From positions 74,028,001-74,092,000 of the forward strand of contig OX597831.1 in NCBI GenBank assembly GCA_951406725.2: 64,000 nt of DNA. Direction: 5' to 3'. How positions within the stretch are numbered: position 1 is the first letter of the stretch; every line of letters starts with the position of its first letter. Position numbers and translations under genes: made by a program. Of the stretch, positions 11,763-25,792 are shown one piece after another. The stretch comes from Octopus vulgaris. Lineage: Eukaryota. The notes under the pieces are model-generated. The model was not told the DNA's origin and did no database searches. It worked only from the letters and a program-made list of their open reading frames with translations.

Positions 11763-12338
11763 TGAGAGAGAAGAAAGAGAGGGAGAGAGAGTGAAAGAGA
11801 GAGAGAGAGGGAGAGAAAGAGAGAGAGAGAAAGATCTACAATTAGTAAATTTCTTCATTTAGTAGAAGAAACAAGAATAATGAGATTAGGAGACATCTGG
11901 GAATCTCCCTTCATTGCTTTTGTCTAAAATACATAAAACATCGAATACTATGTTTTGTTCGACCCAACGGAACCCTGCATGAAATTCCTCCATGGAATAT
12001 ATTCGCATCTAACAAGGTTTCACTTGCCATACATAATCACAGACGCTGTACACTGTTTGCTGAAGATTAACGGCCTGTCTCCGGTAATTCCTGTTTCGTA
12101 TTTCTACTGAAGAGCTCCTACTCGGGGGAGAGAATTCAAACAAGATGGCCGCCAAGTTTTGTTTAGCGATTTAATTCCAATGTGAATTTTTAAGAAAGAC
12201 AAGAATGGGGAGCAGAGTACAGGTGAGGTGGCGTTATATGAAGAGAGTCTGTGGGAATATATCTGTGGGTGAGAGACTGAGGTAGACATATGTGTGCGTG
12301 TGTGTGTGTGTGTGTGTGTATGTGTGTGTGTTTATACA

Positions 12339-12426
<88 letters not shown>

Positions 12427-12976
12427 ATATATTCTGTGAGAGAGAAGAAAGAGAGGGAGAGAGAGTGAAAGAGAGAGAGAGAGGGAGAGAAAGAGAGAGA
12501 GAGAAAGATCTACAATTAGTAAATTTCTTCATTTAGTAGAAGAAACAAGAATAATGAGATTAGGAGACATCTGGGAATCTCCCTTCATTGCTTTTGTCTA
12601 AAATACATAAAACATCGAATACTATGTTTTGTTCGACCCAACGGAACCCTGCATGAAATTCCTCCATGGAATATATTCGCATCTAACAAGGTTTCACTTG
12701 CCATACATAATCACAGACGCTGTACACTGTTTGCTGAAGATTAACGGCCTGTCTCCGGTAATTCCTGTTTCGTATTTCTACTGAAGAGCTCCTACTCGGG
12801 GGAGAGAATTCAAACAAGATGGCCGCCAAGTTTTGTTTAGCGATTTAATTCCAATGTGAATTTTTAAGAAAGACAAGAATGGGGAGCAGAGTACAGGTGA
12901 GGTGGCGTTATATGAAGAGAGTCTGTGGGAATATATCTGTGGGTGAGAGAAAGTGGGTGAGAGACTGAGGTAGACA
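11763..12976. repeat. Near-identical tandem duplication, 11763-12288 / 12437-12976 (offset 674)
   Basis: aagatctacaattagt at 11831 and 12505; copy 2 has 14 extra nt near its end; a (TG)n(TA)n spacer separates them. Confidence 0.95.
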
Positions 12977-13198
12977 ATGTGTGTTCGTCTCGGTGCTTCT
13001 GAACTTATGTGTGCACTTATATAGACATTTGTATGTATAATCATTTATGTATATGTGTGTGCATGTGTACGCAGAGATGGAGACAATGATAAAGCAGTAC
13101 ATAAAAGATGGATGGTTAGACAAATAGATAGGTAGACAGACAGACCGACAGAATGACTGACAACCAGCCAGAATGACTGACAACACATACACACACAG

Positions 13199-13234
<36 letters not shown>

Positions 13235-13430
13235 CAAAGAGAGAGAGAGAGAGAGGGGGGAGAGAGATACAGTGAGACATCATGGAGAATAGAAAGATAG
13301 TTTGACTGTAAATTAAAATATCGGAGTGTTAGATATTAGAATGTATAGGTTACACATATATGTAGAAGTGGGGTAGGGGCTCATATACGTTGATAGTGAC
13401 CCCAGGAGGGAAAACGCGTAAAAATATATA

Positions 13431-13483
<53 letters not shown>

Positions 13484-13531
13484 CAATTGTAGTTTTCCTT
13501 TTTGGTAAACATTGCAAACCGCTGTATATTT

Positions 13532-13579
<48 letters not shown>

Positions 13580-13746
13580 TGTTGAAAAGTAAGGGAAAGA
13601 CAGGTGTAAATATTTGATTGATATAGTATATAGGTGAGTGGAGGGAGTGGAATGTCGATTGCTAGAAGGAAAGGAAAATGAACGAATTCAGAATATGCTA
13701 TATGTTATGTGTGTATGTTTACATATTTATGTGTGTATAAATAATT

Positions 13747-13798
<52 letters not shown>

Positions 13799-13823
13799 GT
13801 ATATATATATATGCATATATGTA

Positions 13824-13881
<58 letters not shown>

Positions 13882-14311
13882 CACTAATACAGACATACCC
13901 ACACATATACAGACATACAACTCTGTTTGTGTGTGTGTATGTATGTATATATGTATATATGTATGATGAGAGTGAGAAGGAGAAAGTGATATTAGAATGA
14001 AAGACCAGAATTGCAATTAGAATCTCAAGAGAAAATTGTCTTTGAATGATAAATCAGTTTTGGCGATCTCGAGTCACAATTAACGACCCCTGCACGCAGA
14101 GACACACTTACATACGCACAAAACACACACGCACACATGTAAATTCACACACGCACACATGTAAATTCACACACGCACACACACACACACACGCACATGC
14201 ATTCTTGTATAATACATATACCCACGTATATGAGTGTTTGTGAGTAGAAATATGCATAGCTGGGAATACTTTTGTTTTCACTGATTTAGCATATTTGTCC
14301 ATATATGAGAG

Positions 14312-14706
14312 TGGAGGCGCAATGGCCCAGTGGTTAGGGCAGCGGACTCGCGGTCGTAGGATCGCGGTTTCGATTCCCAGACCGGGCGTTGTGAGTGTTT
14401 ATTGAGCGAAAACACCTAAAGCTCCACGAGGCTCCGGCAGGGGATGGTGGTGATCCCTGCTGTACTCTTTCGCCACAACTTTCTCTCACTCTTACTTCCT
14501 GTTTCTGTTGTACCTGTATTTCAAAAGGGCCGTCCTTGTTACTCTCTGTGTCACGCTGAATATCCCCGAGAACTACGTTAAGGGTACACGTGTCTGTGGA
14601 GTGCTCAGCCATTTACACGTTAATTTCACGAGCAGGCTGTTCCGTTGATTCGGATCAACCGGAACCCTCGTCGTCGTTACCGACGGAGTGCTTCCACTTC
14701 CACACT
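14312..14706 (+). mobile_element. Full-length SINE family B (tRNA-Arg-like head)
   Basis: A box TGGCCCAGTGG 14323-14333, anticodon-like gac-TCG-cggtc, B box GGTTTCGATTCC 14366-14377; 11-bp TSD atatatgagag (14301-14311, 14707-14717). Confidence 0.9.
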
Positions 14707-14737
14707 ATATATGAGAGCATGCTGTATATGTATTCGC

Positions 14738-15089
14738 GGCACTCCGTCGCTTGCGACGATCAGGGCTCCAGTGGAATTAACGTGCAAGTGGATGAGCATT
14801 CCACAGACACGTATACCCTTAACGTAGTTCTCGAGAGATTCAGTGTGACACAGAGTGTGACCAGGCTGGTCCCCTTTCAAATACAAGTACAACAGAAATA
14901 GAAAGAAAGAGTGAGAGAAAGCTGTGGTGAAAGAGTACAGCAGAGTTCTCCCCCCACTCCTGCCGGAGTGCTGTGAAGCTTTAGGTGCTTTCGCTCAAGA
15001 AACACTCACAACGCCAAGTATGGGAATCGAAACCGCGATCCTACGACCACGATTCCGTTGCTCTAAGCACTGGGCCATTGCGCCTCCAC
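14738..15089 (-). mobile_element. SINE family B, older copy, tail-to-tail with 14312-14706
   Basis: Ends in cactgggccattgcgcctcca, the reverse complement of the family B head. Confidence 0.9.
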
Positions 15090-15123
15090 ATATGTATACA
15101 CATAGAAGAAGGCACACTATACA

Positions 15124-15292
15124 TAGGTGCAGGCGTGGATGTGTGGTAAGTAGTATGCTCTTCATCTACATGGCATCAGGTTCCAACTCACTGCAATGCA
15201 CCTTGGCCAAGTGTCTCCTACTATACTTGAGGACCGACCAAAGCCTTGTGAGTGGATTTGGTAGACGGAAACTGAAAGAAGCCCGTCGTATA
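15124..15292 (+). mobile_element. SINE family A 5' half, interrupted by a DNA transposon
   Basis: aggtgcaggcgtggatgtgtggtaag...ccttggccaagtgtct...gaagcccgtcgtatata. Confidence 0.8.
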
Positions 15293-15294
15293 TA

Positions 15295-16266
<972 letters not shown>

Positions 16267-16655
16267 AGGATTCAAACCAGTAAAATTATACAAATGGTAT
16301 GTCAGGAAGAAAATGAACGAAAATAACTGAAAGATTATTGTAAAGCTATCTATCAAGTTACTCTAACGACTGCCCCAATCGGCTGTCGTGTGTGTGTGTG
16401 TGTATGTGAATGTATTCATGTATTTGTCTATATACATGTATGTGTCTATATACATACGTTTGTATGCGTATATATGTGTATATATTATTTATTGCGCTTC
16501 ATTTCATTTACTATTTCCTGGAGTTAATTGTGGTGACTCAATACTCAGCACGTGCATCGTCTTCGTCCGAGTTCATATGTATTTATCGATCCTAAAACTC
16601 ATGGCATGCATTGAAGCTCTTCAACTCGTCATGTTCCCACAATTTAAGCTAAGTC

Positions 16656-17547
16656 AAGTTAAGTTAGTTAAGTTAAGTTAATTTCTTGGCTCAAAAAGCA
16701 AAAAGCAAGGCCATGTAGAGGGACATGGAGTTATGTATAGGGAGGGTGTTCATGCAAAGAGTTCAGGCCATTTCTGGTCAAGAGAGACTTTGAACCGAGC
16801 GGTCGTCGGCATCTTCACTATCTCGTCCGGCAGCTTATTCCACGGATCCGCAACCCGGACGGAGAAAGCCTCTCTCCTTCGATTGAGATGAAATCGTCGC
16901 AGATAGAGCTTTTCGGAGTGACCCCACAGCCGACGTTCTGGAGCAGGAGTGAAGAACAGCTCTTTCGAGAGGTTACACTTTCCGCTTATGATGTTGTGAG
17001 CAAGAATGAGATCTCCACGGCGTCGTCGTTTTTCTAGAGAATAAAGGTCGAGCGTCTTTTTCTTCATAAGACAAATGCTTGAGACCAAGAACCATGCGGG
17101 TAGCCAGCTTCTGGACTCTTTTGAGATGATGTATGTCTTTGAGGAGATAAGGAGAGGAGGCTTGAATCCCATACTCCAATATGGGTCTCACTAGCGTGAC
17201 ATAGAGCGGTAGGAATATGGCTGCTGTGAGCATTCCGAATGACCGTCGAATCAAAAACAGAACTCCGCGTGCTTTGTTGGCAGCATGGACGCACTGGGCT
17301 GAAGGCGAAAAGGAAGAATCCACCAAGATACCCAGGTCCTTTACCTGGTCGGTCCTCTCCAGCAGCAGACGACCCGGCTCGAAATCAAGTTGAGTTGCAG
17401 GAGAAGAGCCAACAGGCAGATGACAGCACTTTGACACGTTCAGACACAGGTCCCATTCGTTAGACCATCTCCAAACTTGGTGGAGGCATCGACGAAGATC
17501 ATCTATATCACCGCGAGGAGCGACCAGTTTGACATCATCGGCACATT
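16656..17547 (-). mobile_element. 5'-truncated CR1-clade LINE (RT C-terminal part, 3' UTR, (AACTT)n tail)
   Basis: ADDVKL at ~17525-17542; KDLGILVD, LYVTLVRPILEY, SLEKRRRRGDLI, FSVRVADPWNKLP; one frameshift near 17060. Confidence 0.92.
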
Positions 17548-18298
17548 TAACTATTTAACTTGGTGACTTGCTTGGTAACTGCTTCGTTTGTTTATCTGTT
17601 ACAGGTGATTTATATCCCAACCCCTCCTGACGGTAACAACTGTTATATATGGCATGTTGCTGTCTTTCGTTCAACAGCGGCTGGCAAGGTGAATGGTCAT
17701 CGAAACAATATGATGTTCCTGCATGTCTAACATATCGAAAACTGAATGAATGGTAAAGAGCTAATCCCGTCATTATAAGGACTAACGAACCTCCATGGCA
17801 ACAACTGAAAGGCTGGAACCAGTGAAATTGTACAAATGGTATGTCAAGAGGAAAATGAAAGAAAATAACTACGCGTCAGTGAAAATTAATACGGAATAAG
17901 ACAAACGAAGAAAATGAGAAACGAGGAAGGGGTGGGGGAGAAAAAACTGTTGAAGAAATAAATAGTAAAAACGGTTGATATTTTGGATTTGTAATGTCTT
18001 TTGTATTCTAGGATTGCAATAGCAGAAGAATAATATTATTTTATCGCAGAGGACCTAACTACACTTTTAAAAACTGTTATGGAAAGAAATTAACAGATGC
18101 TATAGCCAGTATTGTAACTGTAGAATCAAATCCAAAAGCACTGTTTTCAGCAAACGAGTAGTATTAATTTCTGTTAAAAAAGGTAGAAGAGGAAAAGGGT
18201 GTGGCACAAATAAATGAATGCTTGAACGATAGAAATATAGAAGAGTAAAGAGTAACGACTAATGGATAATGAATACAAAAATTTCAGAGAAGGGGAAT

Positions 18299-18329
<31 letters not shown>

Positions 18330-19330
18330 GAGGGAGAAATGAGAGAGAGAGAGAGAAAAAGAATGAGAGATAGTAAGAGTACAGAGAGAGAGAGTGAATG
18401 AGAAATACAATGAGAGGGAGATTGAGAAAGAGAGAGAGAGAGAGAAAAAATAGAGAGTGTGTGTTTGGTGTCTGTGTGTGAAAGAAAGAGAGAGAGAGGA
18501 GGTAGAGAAATAGAGAGAAAGAAAAGAGAAGGAAAGAGAGCAAAAAGAAGAGAGATAGAGACAGAGAGAGAAGACATTTGAAATAGTAAAGTTGGGGCGA
18601 ATAATAAAGGAAAAGGAAGAAATTGGTGACAGAAGAATTCTTTCGAGAGAGGGAGAAAAAAATGGAGTGGTGGGGAATGCAAAATTAATTGATAAAAAAG
18701 AAAAAAGAAAGAAGTAAAGAAAAAAGAACAACGAACTGAGAAAAGGTGGAATGGTAAAAACATGAAAGAAACAAGAAATGAAAAACAGAATGTAAAGTGG
18801 ATGTGAAGAGGTAGGGAAGGTGGATATGAAGAAAAAGATTTTGGATGAAAATGGAATAAAAAAAATGTCGAAAGAAATAGCGGAGTGGGGAAATATTAAA
18901 TGAACGAAAAAAGTTTTAAAAGGCGAATGAAGAAGAACATAAAAGATGAAGAAGAAAAATATTGAAAATGGTGGAAGAGAAAGAAAAGATTAAATTGGAA
19001 GAAAAACGGAATGGGATTGAGGGAATGGTCCATATATTAGGTGAAGGAATTAGAAGAACGAAGAAAAGTGAAGAAGAAAGAGAATAGGTAAAGAAGAACG
19101 AAGGAAAGACGAAGATAGAAACAAGGAAAGAAACTAAGGCATGTTGGAGAAGATAAAGAAGAAAAGGAGAAGAAGAAATAAAAGAAGAGAAGAGAATAAA
19201 AAAGAAAGATGATGATGAAGAAAAAGACGATAATTAAGATAAAGGAAAGACGAAATGAAAAATGAAAAGAATGCGAAAAGGAAGAAGTAGAAGTAGACAG
19301 AGGAGAAGGAGGAGGAGAAGGAGGAGGAGT

Positions 19331-19483
19331 AGAAGAAGAAGAAGAAGAAGAAGAAGAAGAAGAAGAAGAAGAAGAAGATGAAGATGAAGAAGAGGAAATT
19401 GAAGAAAAAGAAGAAGAAGAAGAAGTGGAAGAAGAAGATGAAGATGAAGAAGAAGAAGAAGAAGAAGAGAGCTAGAATAAGAA

Positions 19484-19518
<35 letters not shown>

Positions 19519-19588
19519 AGAAGAGAGAACTAGAAGAAGAAGAAGAAGAAGAGAGAACTAGAAGAAGAAGAAGAAGAAGAAGGAAGGA

Positions 19589-19635
<47 letters not shown>

Positions 19636-19722
19636 AGAAGAAGAAGAAGAAGAAGAAGCAGAAGAAGAAGAAGAGAAGAAGAAGAAGAAGAAGAAGAAGA
19701 AGAAGAAGAAGAGAGAAGAAAA
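19331..19722. repeat. Imperfect (GAA)n array inside a ~1.6-kb purine-rich tract (18170-19800)
   Basis: Direct reading. Confidence 0.9.
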
Positions 19723-19865
19723 AGATGAAGAAAAAGAAGGAAAGAAGCATAATACGAGAGAAGAAAATTGGTGAAAGAACGAAGGCGGATGAAACAAGAA
19801 ATGGTGCTACCAGAAAACGGTTCCAGATATCAGCGATATATTCCTTGGTTCCATCAATCAGCAGC

Positions 19866-19897
<32 letters not shown>

Positions 19898-20088
19898 ACT
19901 GTTTGACGTGACGGAATATGGTGGAATATTCGAGATAATTATAGTTCTATCTCCATATTGTTGGAGTGCTTTTAACTCAATTGCACCAAGCTTACCAATT
20001 TCTCGAAGATCTACTTACAATTTGCCAAATGACGTACATGTAAGGAAAATTATATACACACAAATGTAGGTATGTATACATGTAAGTA

Positions 20089-20130
<42 letters not shown>

Positions 20131-20251
20131 TATATACATATATATACATATATATATGTATATATAAATATATGTACATATATGTATATATAATACACGA
20201 AAATATACTTAAGCACACACGTATAGAAAATAATGTAGACGACATATATAC

Positions 20252-20291
<40 letters not shown>

Positions 20292-20331
20292 GTATGTATG
20301 TGTGATATGATATGATACACACATATGTATA

Positions 20332-20393
<62 letters not shown>

Positions 20394-20690
20394 GCATACA
20401 TAAATACATTCGTACATGTACTTATTCAAATATATAAAATGCATATATTTTTACCTGTTATGGGCGGGTGGGTGAGTATAAAATTGCAAATATTGATGCA
20501 ACACAACACACATATGCAGTTATACTCGCATACACACAAACTCATACACACAAATTTATAAATGCAAACACACACACACGCATGCACATACACACTACAC
20601 ACAAACTTATACATATATATAAATTATAAACTATTATACCTACCTACCCACCCACCTACGTACCTACCTACCTACCTACCTGCCTACCAT

Positions 20691-21156
<466 letters not shown>

Positions 21157-21355
21157 ACAATTACCGCTAGCTATTATAATTGACGCCATGTTAAAACGGA
21201 AATGACATTTTCTTATAAACTCCCGCACCGTAAATTCCTACAGCTGTGGTAAAAACCCACACAACTTTCGATGTAGCTTTTTACTTTACTTCCTCCTCTG
21301 CTGTTGTCCTTACTAACAACATCTATTGATCACACGCAGAACAAACCGCGCCTAG

Positions 21356-21409
<54 letters not shown>

Positions 21410-21669
21410 ACAGTCATATGCACGCATGCCATCATAAATACACATTTATACAAAATACATATAGGTATTTATTTACTGCGCTCTGTGTCCGCATGTATTA
21501 ATGCAATGTTAATATAAAACGCATACGTAGAGCAGAACGAAATTTGGCGCGATCTACTCCGTGTTTGATATACATACATACATACATACATACATACATA
21601 CATTCATACATACATACATATATATATATATATATGCATATATACATATATATATATACATACATACAT

Positions 21670-21763
<94 letters not shown>

Positions 21764-22170
21764 CTATAAAATAATATGTTACAATTACTCAATAGTCAAG
21801 ATAAAACTCTGAGTTTCAGTTGCCGAAGTGGAAAGCCACAACACCATCTCTTCGGTTATCTGGCCATCTGAAAGACACTATGAAAAAATACCGTTATATA
21901 AAGGGAAATTAGTGTTATAATTCTGCTACTTATATAAATTAAGATTAAAAGTTCATAGTAAACACGTAAACATGGCTACTCATGCGCTCGCGGACCTACG
22001 TGTGTACTTATACGTCACTATGAAAACGTACACATCTTCACTCGCATTTTCGCCAAATGTATACGCATATATATAAAAACTCATACACACACACGTGTAT
22101 ATATATACATGTGCTTGGATTTTGGATTTAGCTTGCAAGATTCTTTATGTGAGTTCGTGTTGAAGCATAT

Positions 22171-22374
22171 TTTGTTGTGTTTGGGGAGAGACATTCTCTT
22201 TTATTGGTTTATTATTTAACACACTCACCGGTAAGGTTTCCATTCATTTACCCATTTATTTTTTCTTAAAATTCTCGTTGCGTCTTGCAAAGTTTTCAAT
22301 AGTCAAATGAGTGGAAACATTACTGGTTGAAACATAAGGCATTAAGAGAGAATGACTCTCCTCGGACCCAACAA
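22171..22374. repeat. Diverged fold-back (MITE-like) element
   Basis: ttgttgtgtttggggagagacattctcttt pairs with agagagaatgactctcctcggacccaacaa; inner ccggtaaggtttccattcattt pairs with aaatgagtggaaacattactgg. Confidence 0.7.
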
Positions 22375-22378
22375 TATA

Positions 22379-22412
<34 letters not shown>

Positions 22413-22635
22413 CACACACACACACATAAATATATATATATATAATCCAAACTTGTTACTAGTTTATATATGCTTGAGGCATTATTCGAACCCGCAAGGA
22501 AGTCATTCGCTGTAAATTGGTGGGTTTTTAAGGAAAACACAAATTTTTAGCCTCACTTTGAAAAGTAGAGACTGTGGATTTTCCCCAAAGTATTAATTAA
22601 TTGTAATCGACCCACCTTATAACGCTGCCATTATA

Positions 22636-22867
22636 TATTTCTTTACTACCCACAAGGGGCTAAACACAGAGGGGACAAACAAGGACAGACAAACGGATTA
22701 AGTCGATTACATCGACCTCGGTGCGTAACTGGTTCTTAATTTATCGACCCCGAAAGGATGAAAAGCAATGTCGACCTCGGCGGAATTTGAACTCAGAACG
22801 TAACGGCAGACGAAATATGGCTACGCATTTCACCCGGCGTGCTAACGTTTCTGCCAGCTCGCCGCCT
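22636..22867 (-). mobile_element. Full-length SINE family C with a 16-bp TSD
   Basis: Head ggcggcgagctggcagaaacgttagc, B box GAGTTCAAATTCC, central gtcgac..ttcatcctttcggggtcgataaa; TSD taacgctgccattata at 22620-22635 and 22868-22883. Confidence 0.92.
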
Positions 22868-23016
22868 TAACGCTGCCATTATAACGTAACTAAGGAGTGA
22901 TAAATCTCTCTCTCGCACGCGCGTCCTCTGTGTAAGATTTATGTTAATATTTTCTCTGTAACTAATATAGTGTTCTTTATCTTTTTATCAACAAAACAAC
23001 CAAATGTTCTAATATA

Positions 23017-23810
23017 TCAATAGTCGCAATGTACCTGGATTGCGCCCTTTTCTTCCATTTGAGTCAGAAGTATTTGCGTATGTCCTCCAAATAGTCTCTT
23101 CCAAGCTCTTGGATGCCACTTATAAAGTGCAGGAGTACATCTGTTGTCTGGGAACTCTGCGACGTGTCCAACCCAGCCAAACTTGTACTTCCGGTAGTCC
23201 GCGATCACATTGTTTGCTGCAGCTTGCTCTCGAATTACTTAATTTCAGATATATTCCCGCGACAATATTCCTAGCATGAATCCTTCGATGACCCTCTCGT
23301 GTGTCGTAGTCAGTTTATTAAAGAGATTGGTACACAGGTTCTTGTTCCTGTTGAAAGTAGGGTTTTGTCCCTGCTGAACGCAGGGTTTTGACTGTACTAA
23401 CGCAGGGGCTTGTCCCTGCCAAAAGTAGGTTCTACTCTCTTTGAACGCAAAGTGTTGTCCCTCTCTAATGCATGGGCGTGTCCCTCTGTACTGCCTTGTC
23501 CCTGTTGTACGCAGGGTCCTTGTGCTTCCATTTGTGCTTCCATTTTACTCTTACTCTGCACGAGATTTCAATGTCCATGACTCGGCATGTGTTTGCAGTC
23601 TGTCCCAAGTAGACATACTCCTCCTTCACCTCCTTAATATCATTCCTTCCACCAGTATTTAACTTGTGTTCCATTTTCAAACAGCATGCGTTTTGTTTCC
23701 ATGCGCTTTAGTTCGAGGCCTACTGCTGCACTCTGGGCTCCCAGCTCTGTCTGTCTAACCCTCAATTATTAGAGGTTACTGCAGTGAGCACCATATCGTC
23801 TGTTAATCAG
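23017..23810 (-). mobile_element. Decayed RTE-clade LINE fragment
   Basis: TDDMVL, VGLEL, EEYVYLGQ..EISCRV..W and WVGHVAEFPDNRCT..WHPR..KR match RTE RT and thumb motifs; interrupted by short cgcaggg/gtccctg repeats at ~23330-23520. Confidence 0.75.
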
Positions 23811-24225
23811 AAACCTGTTATATCTATTTATTAAGTGATAATAAACATCTGTTTAAGTGGAACAAGTAAACGAATGAGATCAGCCAATAAATACTTAAAC
23901 AGATATATATATAGGGAGATGAATGAATAATAACAGATGACTGTACAAATACAAATCACTTACGGCCGTTTCTACCATGGAGCCTCAGAATCTTCCAAGT
24001 CATCCTCATCACCTCATCGTTTGTGTCGATGCCATTTTCTAATCGAAGTCACTGATGATTATTTCGAGACAGACAAACAGTGAAGAACTTTGCAGAGATA
24101 CCATTTCTTTGCTTGATGCCGTTCTCGAGATGGCTACTTGTTACAAGATCAGTGACTGATTGTCGCTTGGCTTTCTATATATTGCGAGCTGGAGCGAGTT
24201 GCTGCTATTTCTAGCGACCGGCTGT

Positions 24226-24274
24226 TCATCACTGATGATGAACACAAATAGTCCGAAACCATTCTGTCTGGTGA
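24226..24274 (+). ncRNA. Hammerhead-like motif, partly decayed
   Basis: tcatca-CTGATGA-t-gaac-acaaata-gtcc-GAAAC-cattct-GTC-tggtga; stem I 6 bp (one G-U), one mismatch in stem II. Confidence 0.5.
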
Positions 24275-24556
24275 TCCCGTCATCTGTTAGAGGATGGTAG
24301 AGGTACGCTCCCCTGCTTGCAATGTATAAATGGTGCTGATTGCATCGATAACCAGCTGGCTCTTCCTAGGGTTAAAAACAGTGGAAAAGTCGAACAGCCA
24401 TATTGATGTGGCGACAAATATTAAAATATTACTTCTTTGTATAGCTACTACTTTCTTCTCATATAAAGATTTTCTAACTGGCTACTTTTGCTTGTTAAAA
24501 ACGAAGTGTGTTATATATATAAGTCCGTTTATTATCTATATATATATATATATATA

Positions 24557-24800
24557 TGGCATCTTGGGAAAGTGTCTTCTACTATAGCCTCGGGCCGACC
24601 AATGCCTTGTGAGTGGATTTGGTATACGGAAACTGAAAGAAGCCCGTCGTATATATGTATATATATGCGTGTGTGTGTGTTTGTGTGTCTGTGTTTATAA
24701 TCCCTAGCATTATCTTTGACAACCGATTTCTGGTGCATGTTTAGTACCGTCACATCATGTGAATTCGGCAAAAGAGACCGAATCTAGAATAAGTACTGGG

Positions 24801-24804
<4 letters not shown>
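24557..24804 (+). mobile_element. SINE family A, 5'-truncated
   Basis: ggcatcttgggaaagtgtcttctactatagcctcgggccgacc...ttcggcaaaagagaccga. Confidence 0.85.
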
Positions 24805-24857
<53 letters not shown>

Positions 24858-24860
24858 AGC

Positions 24861-24927
<67 letters not shown>

Positions 24928-25278
24928 TATGTCTGTATGAGTTAGAGATTAAGAAACCATCTAAGGGATATTAAATATCCAATATACTACTGAATGTGTA
25001 CCTATGTATTCTTAACCAAGTGCTTACTGTTGCATGGCAATATTGCAGTTGAATGCTGGATTTACCCAGGATTTATCAGGCAAATAAGAAAATGCAGAGG
25101 ATATAAAATCGACAAACTTCAGCTAGTAAACATTCCATTATATCTATTTATTAAGTGATAATAAACAGCTGTTTAAGTGGAACAAGTAAACGAATGAGAT
25201 CAGCCAATAAATACTTAAACAGATATATATATAGAGAGAGATGAATGAATAATAACAGATGACTGTACAAATACAAAT

Positions 25279-25408
25279 CACTTACGGCCGTTTCTACCAT
25301 GAGGCCTCAGAATCTTCCAAGTCATCCTCATCACGTCTGATATACAGGGATGAACAAACATTGGACAGAGATTAGGTAATGGTTGAACCTCAAGGCTTCT
25401 TCAGAGAG
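25279..25408 (-). ncRNA. Hammerhead-like motif with long stem II
   Basis: Minus strand CTGAAGA (25398-25404), gccttgaggtt/ggcctcatggt helix, GAAAC-ggcc-GTA; stem I weak. Confidence 0.5.
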
Positions 25409-25644
25409 TACTAACATGGAAACTAACATGTGAGAAAATCAGTTAGAATAATAGAATAGGGTAAATAAGGTAAGAGAGAGTAAAATAGGTAAAAATAAAA
25501 AAATAATGTAATGTAATAGGCATGGTAAGGAAAAGTAAGAACTTCCTTTGAAGGTTTTATTATAATCCATGGAATTCCATCCTGTGGTAAATAAGAAAAG
25601 TCACTCTGAGGAGATATATCTGTAGGCTGTGGTTTGCAGTGTGC

Positions 25645-25792
25645 TTCCATTATACTGAGGGAAATAGTGAAGGGAGTATGCTACCTAGTGGGTTTAATGG
25701 CATGGTCCATGCTACAGGACTGTAGCATGGACCATACCATTAAACCCACCACATGGCATGCTGCCTTCACTATTTCCCTCAGTATAATGGAA
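25645..25792. repeat. Long palindrome, ~73-bp arms, 2-nt spacer
   Basis: ttccattatactgagggaaatagtgaagg...catgctacag-ga-ctgtagcatg...ccttcactatttccctcagtataatggaa; about 90% arm identity by eye. Confidence 0.95.

Larger units (their letters stand above)
23818..25334. repeat. ~195-bp direct repeat pair (23818-24012 / 25138-25334) carrying the 3' half of a minus-strand hammerhead
   Basis: Near-identical text with a few differences; tacggccgtttc at 23961 and 25283. Confidence 0.9.

Noticed and set aside
12107-12140. CTGAAGA plus hairpin in the 674-offset duplication as a hammerhead
   Set aside because: Followed by GAAT rather than GAAA, with no stem III or stem I.
14313-14385. tRNA-Arg gene
   Set aside because: No proper acceptor stem; it continues into a SINE body with a TSD and has several dispersed copies.
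17605-17688. Possible 84-nt phase-0 exon (ttacag|VIYIPTPPDGNNCYIWHVAVFRSTAAGK|gtgaat)
   Set aside because: Modest donor site, no recognisable homology and no partner exons; would need RNA-seq.
23330-23525. Short cgcaggg/gtccctg repeats as a CRISPR-like array
   Set aside because: Irregular degenerate minisatellite without constant repeat or spacer length, in a eukaryotic context.
24201-24216. GCTAGAAATAGC on the minus strand, identical to the sgRNA scaffold tetraloop
   Set aside because: Only 12 nt match, it belongs to a recurrent endogenous motif, and there is no CRISPR array or vector sequence.
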